Origin: Octopus bimaculoides
Lineage: Eukaryota
Direction of reading: 5' to 3'
Length of the DNA stretch: 48,485 nt
NCBI RefSeq assembly: GCF_001194135.2
Contig: NC_069007.1
Span: 1,079,679 to 1,128,163, forward strand
Positions 22,296-32,421 of the stretch are shown one piece after another. The notes beneath the pieces were generated by a model. That model did not search any database. It was not told the origin of the DNA and worked only from the letters and a program-made list of their open reading frames with translations. Made by a program: the position numbers and the translations under genes. How positions within the stretch are numbered: the first letter of the stretch is position 1; each line of letters starts with the position of its first letter.

Positions 22296-23993
22296 TCTAT
22301 ATATATATAAAAATGAGAATGTGTGTCTGTGTGTGAATCCCTAAAACTCCAGAACTACACAACCAATTTCATTCAAATTTTACACATGCCTTACTTAGGG
22401 TCCCGGTTGTGTTTTAGTCAAAAACAATCTAGCATAGTTCGAGCCCAGAGCAACATAATATCTCCTCCTCTATTTAAGTATTACGTGGCAAAAGTGAAAC
22501 AAAAACACTCATGTCAAATACTTTCTCTTTAAAAATGAAACTTTACCACTATTTCAGTATCAAAACTGAAACAATCACATTTCGATACTGTAATTTTGGG
22601 GGGATTAATTTACACTGCGTACGAAAATACAGACATATTATCACGGTACGTTATTAAACACTCACAGATCTACGCATACATACCTGACGACTGACATGCG
22701 TGAAGTGTCAATACGAAATTTTATTTTCATTTCCTGTAAAACAATACTCTGTTCCATTACCGATTGATAATTATCGCAGCAGTTGCAAGGATGGCAGGTA
22801 AAATATAAAATTCTTTGTCTCTCTGCAATAATTATTGTGGCAATTACCGTTAAATTAGCAGTTCCATGCTGGTGCTATTTCGTTCATTTGCTTATATTTC
22901 ATAAATTTACACAGCATACAAAAATACGGACGTAATATATATTTACAATCGCTTACAAAATAGAGATTNNNNNNNNNNNNNNNNNNNNNNNNNNNNNNNN
23001 NNNNNNNNNNNNNNNNNNNNNNNNNNNNNNNNNNNNNNNNNNNNNNNNNNNNNNNNNNNNNNNNNNNNNNNNNNNNNNNNNNNNNNNNNNNNNNNNNNNN
23101 NNNNNNNNNNNNNNNNNNNNNNNNNNNNNNNNNNNNNNNNNNNNNNNNNNNNNNNNNNNNNNNNNNNNNNNNNNNNNNNNNNNNNNNNNNNNNNNNNNNN
23201 NNNNNNNNNNNNNNNNNNNNNNNNNNNNNNNNNNNNNNNNNNNNNNNNNNNNNNNNNNNNNNNNNNNNNNNNNNNNNNNNNNNNNNNNNNNNNNNNNNNN
23301 NNNNNNNNNNNNNNNNNNNNNNNNNNNNNNNNNNNNNNNNNNNNNNNNNNNNNNNNNNNNNNNNNNNNNNNNNNNNNNNNNNNNNNNNNNNNNNNNNNNN
23401 NNNNNNNNNNNNNNNNNNNNNNNNNNNNNNNNNNNNNNNNNNNNNNNNNNNNNNNNNNNNNNNNNNNNNNNNNNNNNNNNNNNNNNNNNNNNNNNNNNNN
23501 NNNNNNNNNNNNNNNNNNNNNNNNNNNNNNNNNNNNNNNNNNNNNNNNNNNNNNNNNNNNNNNNNNNNNNTTTCCAAATGAAACTAATGGCATGTGCTGC
23601 TCGGGCGGTAAGGTAAGATTGCAAGCACTACCAGCTCCCTACCGTCTCCCATTGCAACCCATTTCTAGAATGTACCCATTTACCTAGAATATCTCCATTA
23701 CACCTCCATTCATTTGACTGTCAACCATACGACGGGTCGTGTTAGACGTAGCGCTGACCGCCTCAAAGGAGAGTATTCCACTGAGCTTTTAGGTGGGTTA
23801 GAAAATTACATACCTTCACCCCACAATTTTCCATGATAGGTTAACACTTGGAATCCTCCGACCCTCCGATGTATTACATGTTGATTAGTCGGATTAGACC
23901 ATCATTTACTCCACAAATGTTTTGTCGTCAATGCTGCACTTTCCCGATTCACTATACCATTTTAATCCCGAGCGACGCCGAGTGTTTCTGCTA

Positions 23994-23994
<1 letters not shown>
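22293..23994 (+). mobile_element. Helitron, deleted derivative with both termini, inserted in (TA)n
   Basis: 5' A|TCTTCTATATATATATAAAAATGAGAATGTGTGTCTG; 3' GC-rich imperfect hairpin cccgagcgacgccgag (23967-23982), 8-nt spacer, CTAG|T (23991-23994); RepHel remnant inside. Spans the N gap 22969-23570. Confidence 0.8.
23571..23687 (+). pseudogene. Helitron Rep/helicase N-terminal remnant
   Basis: FPNETNGMCCSGGKVRLQALPAP matches the FxxETxGxCCxxGKVxLxxLxxP motif of Helitron RepHel proteins. The frame ends at TAG 23685-23687; the upstream part is hidden in the gap. Confidence 0.8.
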
Positions 23995-24049
<55 letters not shown>

Positions 24050-24195
24050 TGACGGTTTTCTTACAAGTTATGTCTATCAAATGCACTCACAAAGCTTCTG
24101 TCACACCAACGTTATATTAGAAGACACTTGCCCAAGGTGCCGCCTAGAGAGCTCAACTACAACTCACGTAGTTACCAGGGAAACTTTTTAACCTG
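24050..24195 (-). mobile_element. SINE family B head
   Basis: actcacaaagcttc...tagaagacacttgcccaaggtgccgc is the reverse complement of ggcaccttgggcaagtgtcttcta. Confidence 0.8.
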
Positions 24196-24234
24196 GTAAC
24201 ATCCCGCATTCAGCTTATTGCCAGTTTGTGATTC

Positions 24235-24425
24235 CATAGTTCCCAGCTAACGAAGGTGCTTCTACGTAGTCGCATGACCTGCTAGAAACAAACAATCTCA
24301 CTTATACCATACCCCGACGTCTTATAAAAGTACACGTTAGATAATCTCGTGCTAGGATATTTCTTATAGGAATAGATGAGAAGGTCATGGTTAGGTCTGT
24401 ACGATCAGCACTAACCTGGTCTTAA
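24235..24425 (+). mobile_element. Unclassified interspersed repeat (family D)
   Basis: gcttctacgtagtcgcatgacctgctagaaac...gttagataatctcgtgctagg...ggtcatggttagg; loose similarity to 10665 and 21840. Confidence 0.4.
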
Positions 24426-24943
24426 CAATGAGAACTACAATTTTCATTTCGTTTGGTTATTATCTGAGACTCTCTCGTTTTGTTGCCAACCACTTCCACA
24501 ATCTCGATTCTGTCTGTAATGTGATACCAAGTGGTGTCTTTAATGTTGTACGAAATTAGATACAACTCATCACATGTAATTTATTTTAATACGAAATTAA
24601 TGAAATAAAACATAAAACGGACTGAAATAAAATAAGTTTAATATAAAAACTACCAAGACTGTATGTTTCCCAGCAGATCTTGTATATAATTATAGCAATG
24701 TATACGTTTGTAAGTGTATTGTGCTATGTGTGCATGTATGTATACATGTAACTATGTATGGATGCATGATATTATATATGCATGTAACTATGTATGTATG
24801 TTATGCTACGTATGCACATTTGTTAGCTAAGAATATATATTATGTTATACATACGTGTATGTGTATAATATGTTATGTATGTATGTGTCAAAGAGGCAAG
24901 ATACAGTGAAGTGAGCTATGTTTATGTATGTATGTGAGCATGC

Positions 24944-25000
<57 letters not shown>

Positions 25001-25080
25001 TGTATGCATGCGTGCTTGCATGTGTATATGTATATAAGAGTATGTATGTATAAATGTATTTATGCATTTATGTATGTATG

Positions 25081-25111
<31 letters not shown>

Positions 25112-25159
25112 GGTTGTTGAGAGTGTGTTTCTGAAAATATCGAACCGAATTCTACTTGA

Positions 25160-25420
25160 ACCATTTAACATTAAACAAGTCCAAACGAAAACAGACGCTG
25201 CAATACCGAACACAATGCGACCACAGCACAAGAGTCAGCGCCGCCCTACACCATTCATTTCACTACCCATACACCTTCCACAACACCCATTGGGCAATAC
25301 ACCTCATCACACAACTAAGGCAACAGAGAATAATAGCACAGCAAGGCCCTATACCTCACCACTGAACACAACATCCTCTGCATAACACATTACAACGGAT
25401 CACAGCAAATCGCACAACAT
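25160..25420. repeat. Degenerate pentamer (CACAA-like) array, left part
   Basis: C/A-rich sequence with 5-bp periodicity; resumes at 26023-26160. Confidence 0.55.
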
Positions 25421-26022
25421 TTCATTCGTCTTCACGTTCGGTGTTCTAATTCAACCGAAGTCTGCATTACCTTTCGTCCTTTCCGGGTCGATAAAAGAAT
25501 CAGTTGGTTACTGGGGTCGATGCAACCCACTTACTCTCTTCCCCAAAACTGCTGGTCTCGTGTCAAAATTAAGAAAAAGGCCACAAGCTGTCAGAATCAT
25601 TAACAGGTCGGGCAAAATGTTTAGCGGCACACTGTCCGTCTTATGATCTAAGTTCAAATTCTGCCGACGTCGCCTTTGTATTTTATCCTTTCGAGGTCGA
25701 TAAAAAAAAGCACCAGTTGAACACTGGGGGCTATTTAATTGACTTACTCCCTCCCTCAAAATTGCTGGCGTTGTGCCAAAATATTAAGTCAATAATCATT
25801 TCAACATTGATGGCAGTGAGTTGGTAAAATTGTGAGCACACCGGACAAAAAACTCAGCTACATTTCGTCCGTCTTAACATTCTTCAAAATCTGCCGAGCT
25901 TTCCTTTGTCTTCTATCATTTCGAGGTCGATACAATAGTACCAGTTGATAACTGGGGTGCATGTAATCGACTTAAGCCCTCTTCTGAAATTGCTGGCCTT
26001 GTTCCAAAATTTGAAACCAATA
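25418..26022 (+). mobile_element. Three tandem, co-oriented, diverged SINE family A copies (about 25418-25580, 25585-25800, 25810-26022)
   Basis: Each carries tttcg(a/g)ggtcgata...ccagttg...actgggg...aaa(a/t)tgctgg..ttgtgcc. Confidence 0.85.
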
Positions 26023-26160
26023 TCTCACATATACATTATTACACCAGAACCACGCTTCACCACAGGACACCACACAACCATACACTACATCACGCCACAT
26101 TCCAAAGCACATCACGTTACAACAACGCTATATTGAAATACCAGCTCACACCAAATACTG
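26023..26160. repeat. Degenerate pentamer array, right part
   Basis: cacca cagga cacca cacaa ccata cacta catca cgcca ... Confidence 0.6.
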
Positions 26161-26607
26161 GAAAGTAGCAGAGGTCCACAGTAGACTTACTTGTAAATCT
26201 TATTCTTGTTTTATTTTAATCAAGTGTCCTTTCCCATTTGGCAATAACTTATCTGTTATTGGGCATTCTATCAAATATCAAGAGCCTATCAACGCCAGTT
26301 CCTTTCCCTGCAATACTTGATCTTAAACATTATCACGAAGTGTTTAGTCAAAGAGCCAAACACACGTGCCGAAATATAGAAATACACACGCACGCACGCA
26401 TGCACACACACACACACACACACAGAGAGAAATATACATATGAAGAGAAAGGAAATGGAAGAAAAATCTGACATTAAAAATAGAACGGAAAATTGAAAAC
26501 TGATTAAAATTTATGTATGTATATCTATGAGTGTATATTTCTATATAAATACATCCTACACTCGTGGTAAGCACAAATATACGATTCCTTGACAGAGTAG
26601 ATATTAG

Positions 26608-26770
26608 GAATGGCTTTGAGGTTGAGAGGTTCTCTTCGGAAACTTGTAAATTCGGGTTCGGTCCCACTGCGCGGTATATTTGGCAAATGTCTTGTACTAT
26701 ACTTACGGACTGACCAATGCCTTCTGAATGAATTTGGCCGATGGAAACGATATGGAACACAATCCTTTGT
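26608..26770 (+). mobile_element. SINE family B head, diverged
   Basis: ttcgggttcggtcccactgcgcggtatatttggcaaatgtcttgtactata...gaccaatgccttctgaatgaatttgg. Confidence 0.75.
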
Positions 26771-26830
26771 GTGTATAGATGTACTGAGACACAGACAGAA
26801 AGGCAGAAAGATAGATAGATACATATAAAC

Positions 26831-26862
<32 letters not shown>

Positions 26863-27094
26863 ATAGAAACATAGATAGATAGTAAGATACCTTTCTTTAT
26901 TAGCCACACAGGGCCGAGCACAGAGGGGACAAATACGATGTAGAGCTTTTCTTTTCGAAAGAAAAAAAGCAGAACATAGATAAAAAGGAGGAAACAATTC
27001 CGCTCAAAACGGATCGTGTGAAAAAAAAATTAAATAAATCCGATCAAAAAGGATCGTGTATCACAGAACAGAGTGAAAATATACAAAAACAGCA

Positions 27095-27275
27095 ATATAG
27101 AGGGGAGAGTGTTGGAAGAACACGTCACCTGCTGAACTTGATTGGTACTTACTTTTATCGAGCCCTATATGATGAAAGATTAAGTCGATCGCGGTGGAAT
27201 TTGAAGTGAAAACGTAAAATGCCGAAGAATATAGCAAAGCATATTGTCCAACGCGTTAATAGGTTTGCCATATCG
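27095..27275 (-). mobile_element. SINE family A, strongly diverged
   Basis: ttggtacttacttttatcgagcc...gatgaaagattaagtcgatcgcggtggaatttgaag. Confidence 0.7.
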
Positions 27276-27496
27276 AAAATCTGAAAGTAACGCAATTGCC
27301 GTGCTTTTGAGTAAATTATTACGTAGAAGTGATGTGTTTATGTGTGGAATTGGTTTCCTTTTATTTTATAGAGAATTCTCACCCACGCGTATCACACTTA
27401 CTCCCATTATATAAAGGCAAATAAAATTAACAACCTGGGAACGAAACAACACTCGCTCGCACTTAAATACGCACACCCGCATTCCTACGTCTGCGC

Positions 27497-27534
<38 letters not shown>

Positions 27535-27971
27535 CACTTCTGTGCCAAGTATGATACAATCTTCATTTCCAAAGCATCTCAGTCTGAAGATTCCCAAAAC
27601 GGAAAGAAGCTGTTAATTGCTAAAACATTGAAATTGTCAGTTAATAAATATATTGACTTTTTATTCTGTACCTCATCTAACCTCGTATACCACATTCTCA
27701 CCTCTCCATGTCGATTTACGTACGTTTGGGTGCGTGTATATGTATACATGTATCTACGCTTGTATGTATATCTGTTTTCTTTATCACGTTTGATTCAGAT
27801 CTAATTTTGACCGTCCACCGGCTTAGAATGAAGGTTTTGAAGGCATGAATCTTTTGCTCTCATCCATAGGATATTAAGATCTTGCAGACGTTTATTGTTC
27901 AAGACATCGTGATCATTTGGAACGTATTAAGGCACTGCATTCCATCTACAAATATCTAAGTTCAAACATAC

Positions 27972-28139
27972 TTTGCTCCAGACTGTTTGGAACGTATCAC
28001 CTTGTTCCAATAATAACACTATCTTGGGTACTGAATTTGCGAATTTCATATCCATAGAACATAGAGATTTTCTCCTGCATTTTCTGGTCACGTTGCTGCC
28101 CAGATCAGCGTTGATTTCCAAAACAGAGCATATTTTTTC
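27972..28139 (-). CDS. Candidate 168-nt internal exon (EKICSVLEINADLGSNVTRKCRRKSLCSMDMKFANSVPKIVLLLEQGDTFQTVWSK)
   Basis: Weak acceptor ggggccatag|G, donor AAA|gtatgt, open phase 0-0 frame. No homology recognised. Confidence 0.15.
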
Positions 28140-28472
28140 CTATGGCCCCACACAACAATGACTGACAGATTGTACTTCTCAGTATACATGCGGGTATATA
28201 CGTATGCATGTATGTATAATAAAACGGTTAGTGTACTCTACATGTAAGATAGTAGACAACTGGACATGTGACCTATGAAGAGAAAAGTGCTTGCCTGTGT
28301 TTACTTATATTTTAGAAGGAATAAATAATTTATTAAAAGTGCTAAAACACAGAAAAATGAATAATGTCTATTATGGAAATCTCCAGTTATAAACTGACAG
28401 CTTACCAATTGGTTGTCGTCATATTCGATAAGAAATCAATGGAATTTATTTCCGTCTTATTTTCTTACACAG

Positions 28473-28735
28473 ATAAAGGAGAAAGGTTACAATCCGTAAA
28501 CTTTGCCAATTCGTCTAAGGTTGGCCGGAGAAAGGGTGAGAGTGAAAGATTATCAATCCCGGAGCTTAATGTGAAGGTTTTCAATATATTTGATGTCACA
28601 AGAGACACCCTGAGGCTAGCTGACTGTATCAAATTAGCTGAAAGATTAAATCTACCAGAGAGGAGTGTGTGCAGTCACTCTATCTCATGGCCTTCAGCAC
28701 TTTCGCCCTCACACAGTATTTCGGCTACAAAATAA
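28473..28735 (+). CDS. Candidate coding exon (DKGERLQSVNFANSSKVGRRKGESERLSIPELNVKVFNIFDVTRDTLRLADCIKLAERLNLPERSVCSHSISWPSALSPSHSISATK*)
   Basis: Very strong acceptor tttatttccgtcttattttcttacacag|A, and only one frame is open (86 codons). An alternative donor G|gtgaga at 28536 would give a 63-nt symmetric exon. Confidence 0.3.
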
Positions 28736-28762
28736 TGTACAGTGTTATAATTTATACTTATC

Positions 28763-28900
28763 TAGGTGGCTGTGTGGTAAGAATATTGCTTCCCAACCAC
28801 ATGGTTACGGGTTCTATTATAGCTCCGCGCCAACCAAAGCCTTCGTAGCCTGAATCACGAAAGAAGCCCACCCGTCGTATACGTGTGACTGTGTGTGTGT
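28763..28900 (+). mobile_element. SINE family B head with internal deletion
   Basis: ggtggctgtgtggtaagaatattgcttcccaaccacatggttacgggttc...accaaagccttcg...aagaagccc. Confidence 0.85.
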
Positions 28901-29256
28901 ATGTGTCTTTGATTCATTGCAGAAATCACTGAAAAAAAATCAGTAATATTTATTCCCACTTAACCGTGGATGTTTTCTTAGAGCAAACTTTATTGCGGTA
29001 GATAACAGGAGAGAAACTCTGATACTGGCTAATATAATTTTTTTTTTTAATGAAAAACAGGGGAATGAGTGAAATTTAGGGGTAAGCTTTAACTTGACTG
29101 TTCTATTATCAGAGATTCTCCACTATGTTTCCATTTTGCATTCGTCTGTCTCCTTTGGCCAAATTTTAACAAAGAATCATTTAAGACATTTTCGTTTGTT
29201 CCATTTACATTTGACACTTTTGATTAATTCTTTGTTGATTCTGAGTTTATTCTCAC

Positions 29257-29337
29257 CATTAATGGAATATTTACTCGACGTTCTCTCCACGATTCTTTTT
29301 CCTCTGTTCTTGGGAAACATCTACAGAAATTATTCAT
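29257..29337 (-). CDS. Candidate first coding segment (MNNFCRCFPRTEEKESWRERRVNIPLM) of exon 29257-29421
   Basis: Strong acceptor tatttattttgtattttcttccacag at 29422, in-frame stops upstream of the ATG at 29337, donor ATG|gtgaga. Confidence 0.15.
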
Positions 29338-29697
29338 AAGAATCTTCCCAATATCCGCTTATTCGTTTTCAAACGCTCAACCATCACAATTTCAACATGA
29401 ACATCAACATGTTTGAAAGTTCTGTGGAAGAAAATACAAAATAAATACGTATTGTATATTTTGCTTGATAGGCTCCACAATAACTGCTTCATTAAAAAGT
29501 GAGAGAATATTGAGTTAACAAGTTTTGGGAATTTACCATTTTGTAACTGGACCAAATAGAAATTTCAAAACAACCTCAGTGAAATCACCCTCAAGTTTTT
29601 TAATGAAGTAAGTCATATCTGATAATACAGTCCTAGATTTATATGGGGGTCTGTTGAAAAAATTCTGGTTTGGGGGAAAACAAAATAAAGAAGAATC

Positions 29698-29891
29698 AGG
29701 GCGAGCTCACCGGGCGAAATGCTTCGTCTGTCGTTACGTTCTCAGTTCGAATTTCGCCGAGGTCGACTTCGCCTTTCATCGTTTCGGTATCGATAAATTA
29801 AGTACCAGTTGCGTACTGAGGGGTCGATCTTATCGACTGTCCCCCTCCTCCAACGTTTCGGGCCTTGTGCCTAGAGTAGAAAAGAATTATG
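29698..29891 (+). mobile_element. SINE family A, relatively young, small deletions in the head
   Basis: ccgggcgaaatgcttcgtctg...gccgaggtcgacttcgcctttcatc...gataaattaagtaccagttgcgtactg...gggccttgtgcctagagtagaaaagaatt. Confidence 0.92.
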
Positions 29892-31009
29892 ATATTTTCC
29901 AACATATTCCCCTCTTAGATTCACACACTTATTCTAGCGGTCCTTCAGTATTTCTAAGCCCTGTAACAGAACTCAAATGGTTGGGTCTCCAACCAGGCTT
30001 TTCACGACACCTGTAAAAGCTAGGAAGTTTTCAGCAGCCCTTTCTAATGCGTTGATATATGATACAGTATTAATGGCTAGGATGCATTTGCCTGTGGGCT
30101 TTGGGGGAAAACCTGGTGGTACAGAGCAACAGCAACTTTAAAACAAGAGATGTGAAGGTCATAGCTGGAACGCTTTCCATCATTGATTAACTAAGCCAGG
30201 CTTAAAAGTGGTAAAATAACGACATCAACAACAGTTAATTATTTAAAACAAAACTGAACAGAACTTACACTGACATATACGAAACACTCCGGTGCAAAAC
30301 AACCTCCACAATTGTATTACGAATTATATTGTAAACGAGTGTGTTAAAGAAAAAAAGGGAAGGGAAATAAGTGGTAGTCAATTGTGGGGGTTGATTTAAT
30401 CCAGAATAACCCTTCGTTAAATATAAACACCTGTGAGAAACGACTGCTAATATTTTTAGTAGAATATTTCTAAAACAACATTGATATATGCGATTTATCT
30501 TCTCCAAAGTATCTAATCTCTTTTCAAAAGTTCAACCTTCGCAATTTGACCACGAATATCCAAAGTTTAAAACGTGACAAATAATACAATTCCGATATTA
30601 TTAGCACGTCTATTTATTGACACTCTTTTGCTTTTCTGTTTTATTTCAGGTTTTATTTTAGTTTTATTTTCTCCATTATTTCCATAGAATATTTCTCCAT
30701 TTCGTGTTGGTTACCAAACTCAATGCAATCTGCTGCCGTTTGTATATTTATTTCTTCCTGGTTCCAGCATTGCATTACAAATATTAGAAGAGCATATGTT
30801 GAGTAGAATCATGATTCTGAGATGCTGGATTGATTTGTCAACGGACACACGATAGACTTGCTTTGCCTCACCACACTTTGTCACGTGATGTTATCTAATC
30901 GCACTGAAAGCTTTTTACATTTGTTTGTCCATTTATTTATATATTCATTCATTTATTTATTTATATTTCAAAAGGGACATCACGACCATTTCATAGTTAC
31001 ACTTACACT

Positions 31010-31220
31010 ATCACCCAATCTGTCTTTCTGTCAGTTTTCCATCCCTCTCTGTCACCCTTTCTCCCTCACTTTATTTTTCTCTTTCTCTAAATGTGACTCT
31101 ATCCTGTCGCCGATCTATATATCTCATCTTTCTACCCAGCAATCTGTCTATTTATTCATCTTCCTATTTATTTATCTATCTATCTATTTGATTACCATCC
31201 TGCCTATGTACCGATCCATA

Positions 31221-31274
<54 letters not shown>

Positions 31275-31596
31275 CATATGTATCTATCTAGCTAATGTGC
31301 ATATATATATGTGCACATGTATATACATGTATATATGTTCATTTATCAATGTCTCCAACTATCTGTCTGTATATANNNNNNNNNNATCACCCAATCTGTC
31401 TTTCTGTCAGTTTTCCATCCCTCTCTGTCACCCTTTCTCCCTCACTTTATTTTTCTCTTTCTCTAAATGTGACTCTATCCTGTCGCCGATCTATATATCT
31501 CATCTTTCTACCCAGCAATCTGTCTATTTATTCATCTTCCTATTTATTTATCTATCTATCTATTTGATTACCATCCTGCCTATGTACCGATCCATA

Positions 31597-31639
<43 letters not shown>
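31010..31639. repeat. Identical ~250-bp duplication (31010-31262 and 31386-31639) across a 10-N gap; probably an assembly artefact
   Basis: Both copies start atcacccaatctgtctttctgtc and end in (TATC)n; the second begins right at the gap edge. Confidence 0.8.
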
Positions 31640-32315
31640 NNNNNNNNNNTATATATATATATATATATGAATATATGATCCTCTATCTGCATTTATGTCA
31701 AGTGTTTGATAATTTATTTCTGTATCCAGTTCTACATTAATTGCACAACACATCAAGAGTATGAAGTTTCTGAATTCAAACTGTACTTCTTCTCCCTCAC
31801 TCATTCACTCATCCTTCCCTATCTCGCCTCTCTCTCTCTATCTCACACTTCCATCTGTCTCCTAAACTCTTTCACTGTTTAAACCTACTCATCTTCGTTT
31901 CTCAGATTCTCTCACTCATTCTCTCTATAATTTTCTACATAACCGTCTATTTTTTCCTACACATATACATACACATGCTTTCTCTCGCTATATGACTCTC
32001 TCTCTCCGTCTCTCACACACTCTTTCTCCCCTCTCTCTCTTTCTCTCTTTGTCTATCTCGCTGTCTCCCTTTGTCTCTCTCTCTCTTTATTTCTCTTTCT
32101 CCCTTTGTTTATCTACTCCCTTTTTCTCCCCCTCCCCCATTCTGTAACTTTCTCTGTGACTCATTTATTGTACGCCATTCTCACATTCACAATATCTCTC
32201 CACCAATTTTACATCGCTATCCATTTTCCATCATTACCTCATTCTTAGTACAACCGGAAAGACCGACTTCCGGGTGGTTTTCTGGTTACCACTAAATAAT
32301 ATTTACACATTTTTA

Positions 32316-32421
32316 AAGCTGCGAGCTGGCAGAGCAAGCCGAGCCAAATACATTTTATCCATTTGTACGTTCTGAGTTCAAATTCTGGGATCGATAGAAT
32401 TGGTACCATTTCATCACTGGA
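32316..32421 (+). mobile_element. SINE family A, deleted fragment
   Basis: gctgcgagctggcagag...gtacgttctgagttcaaattctgggatcgatagaattggtacc. Confidence 0.75.
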
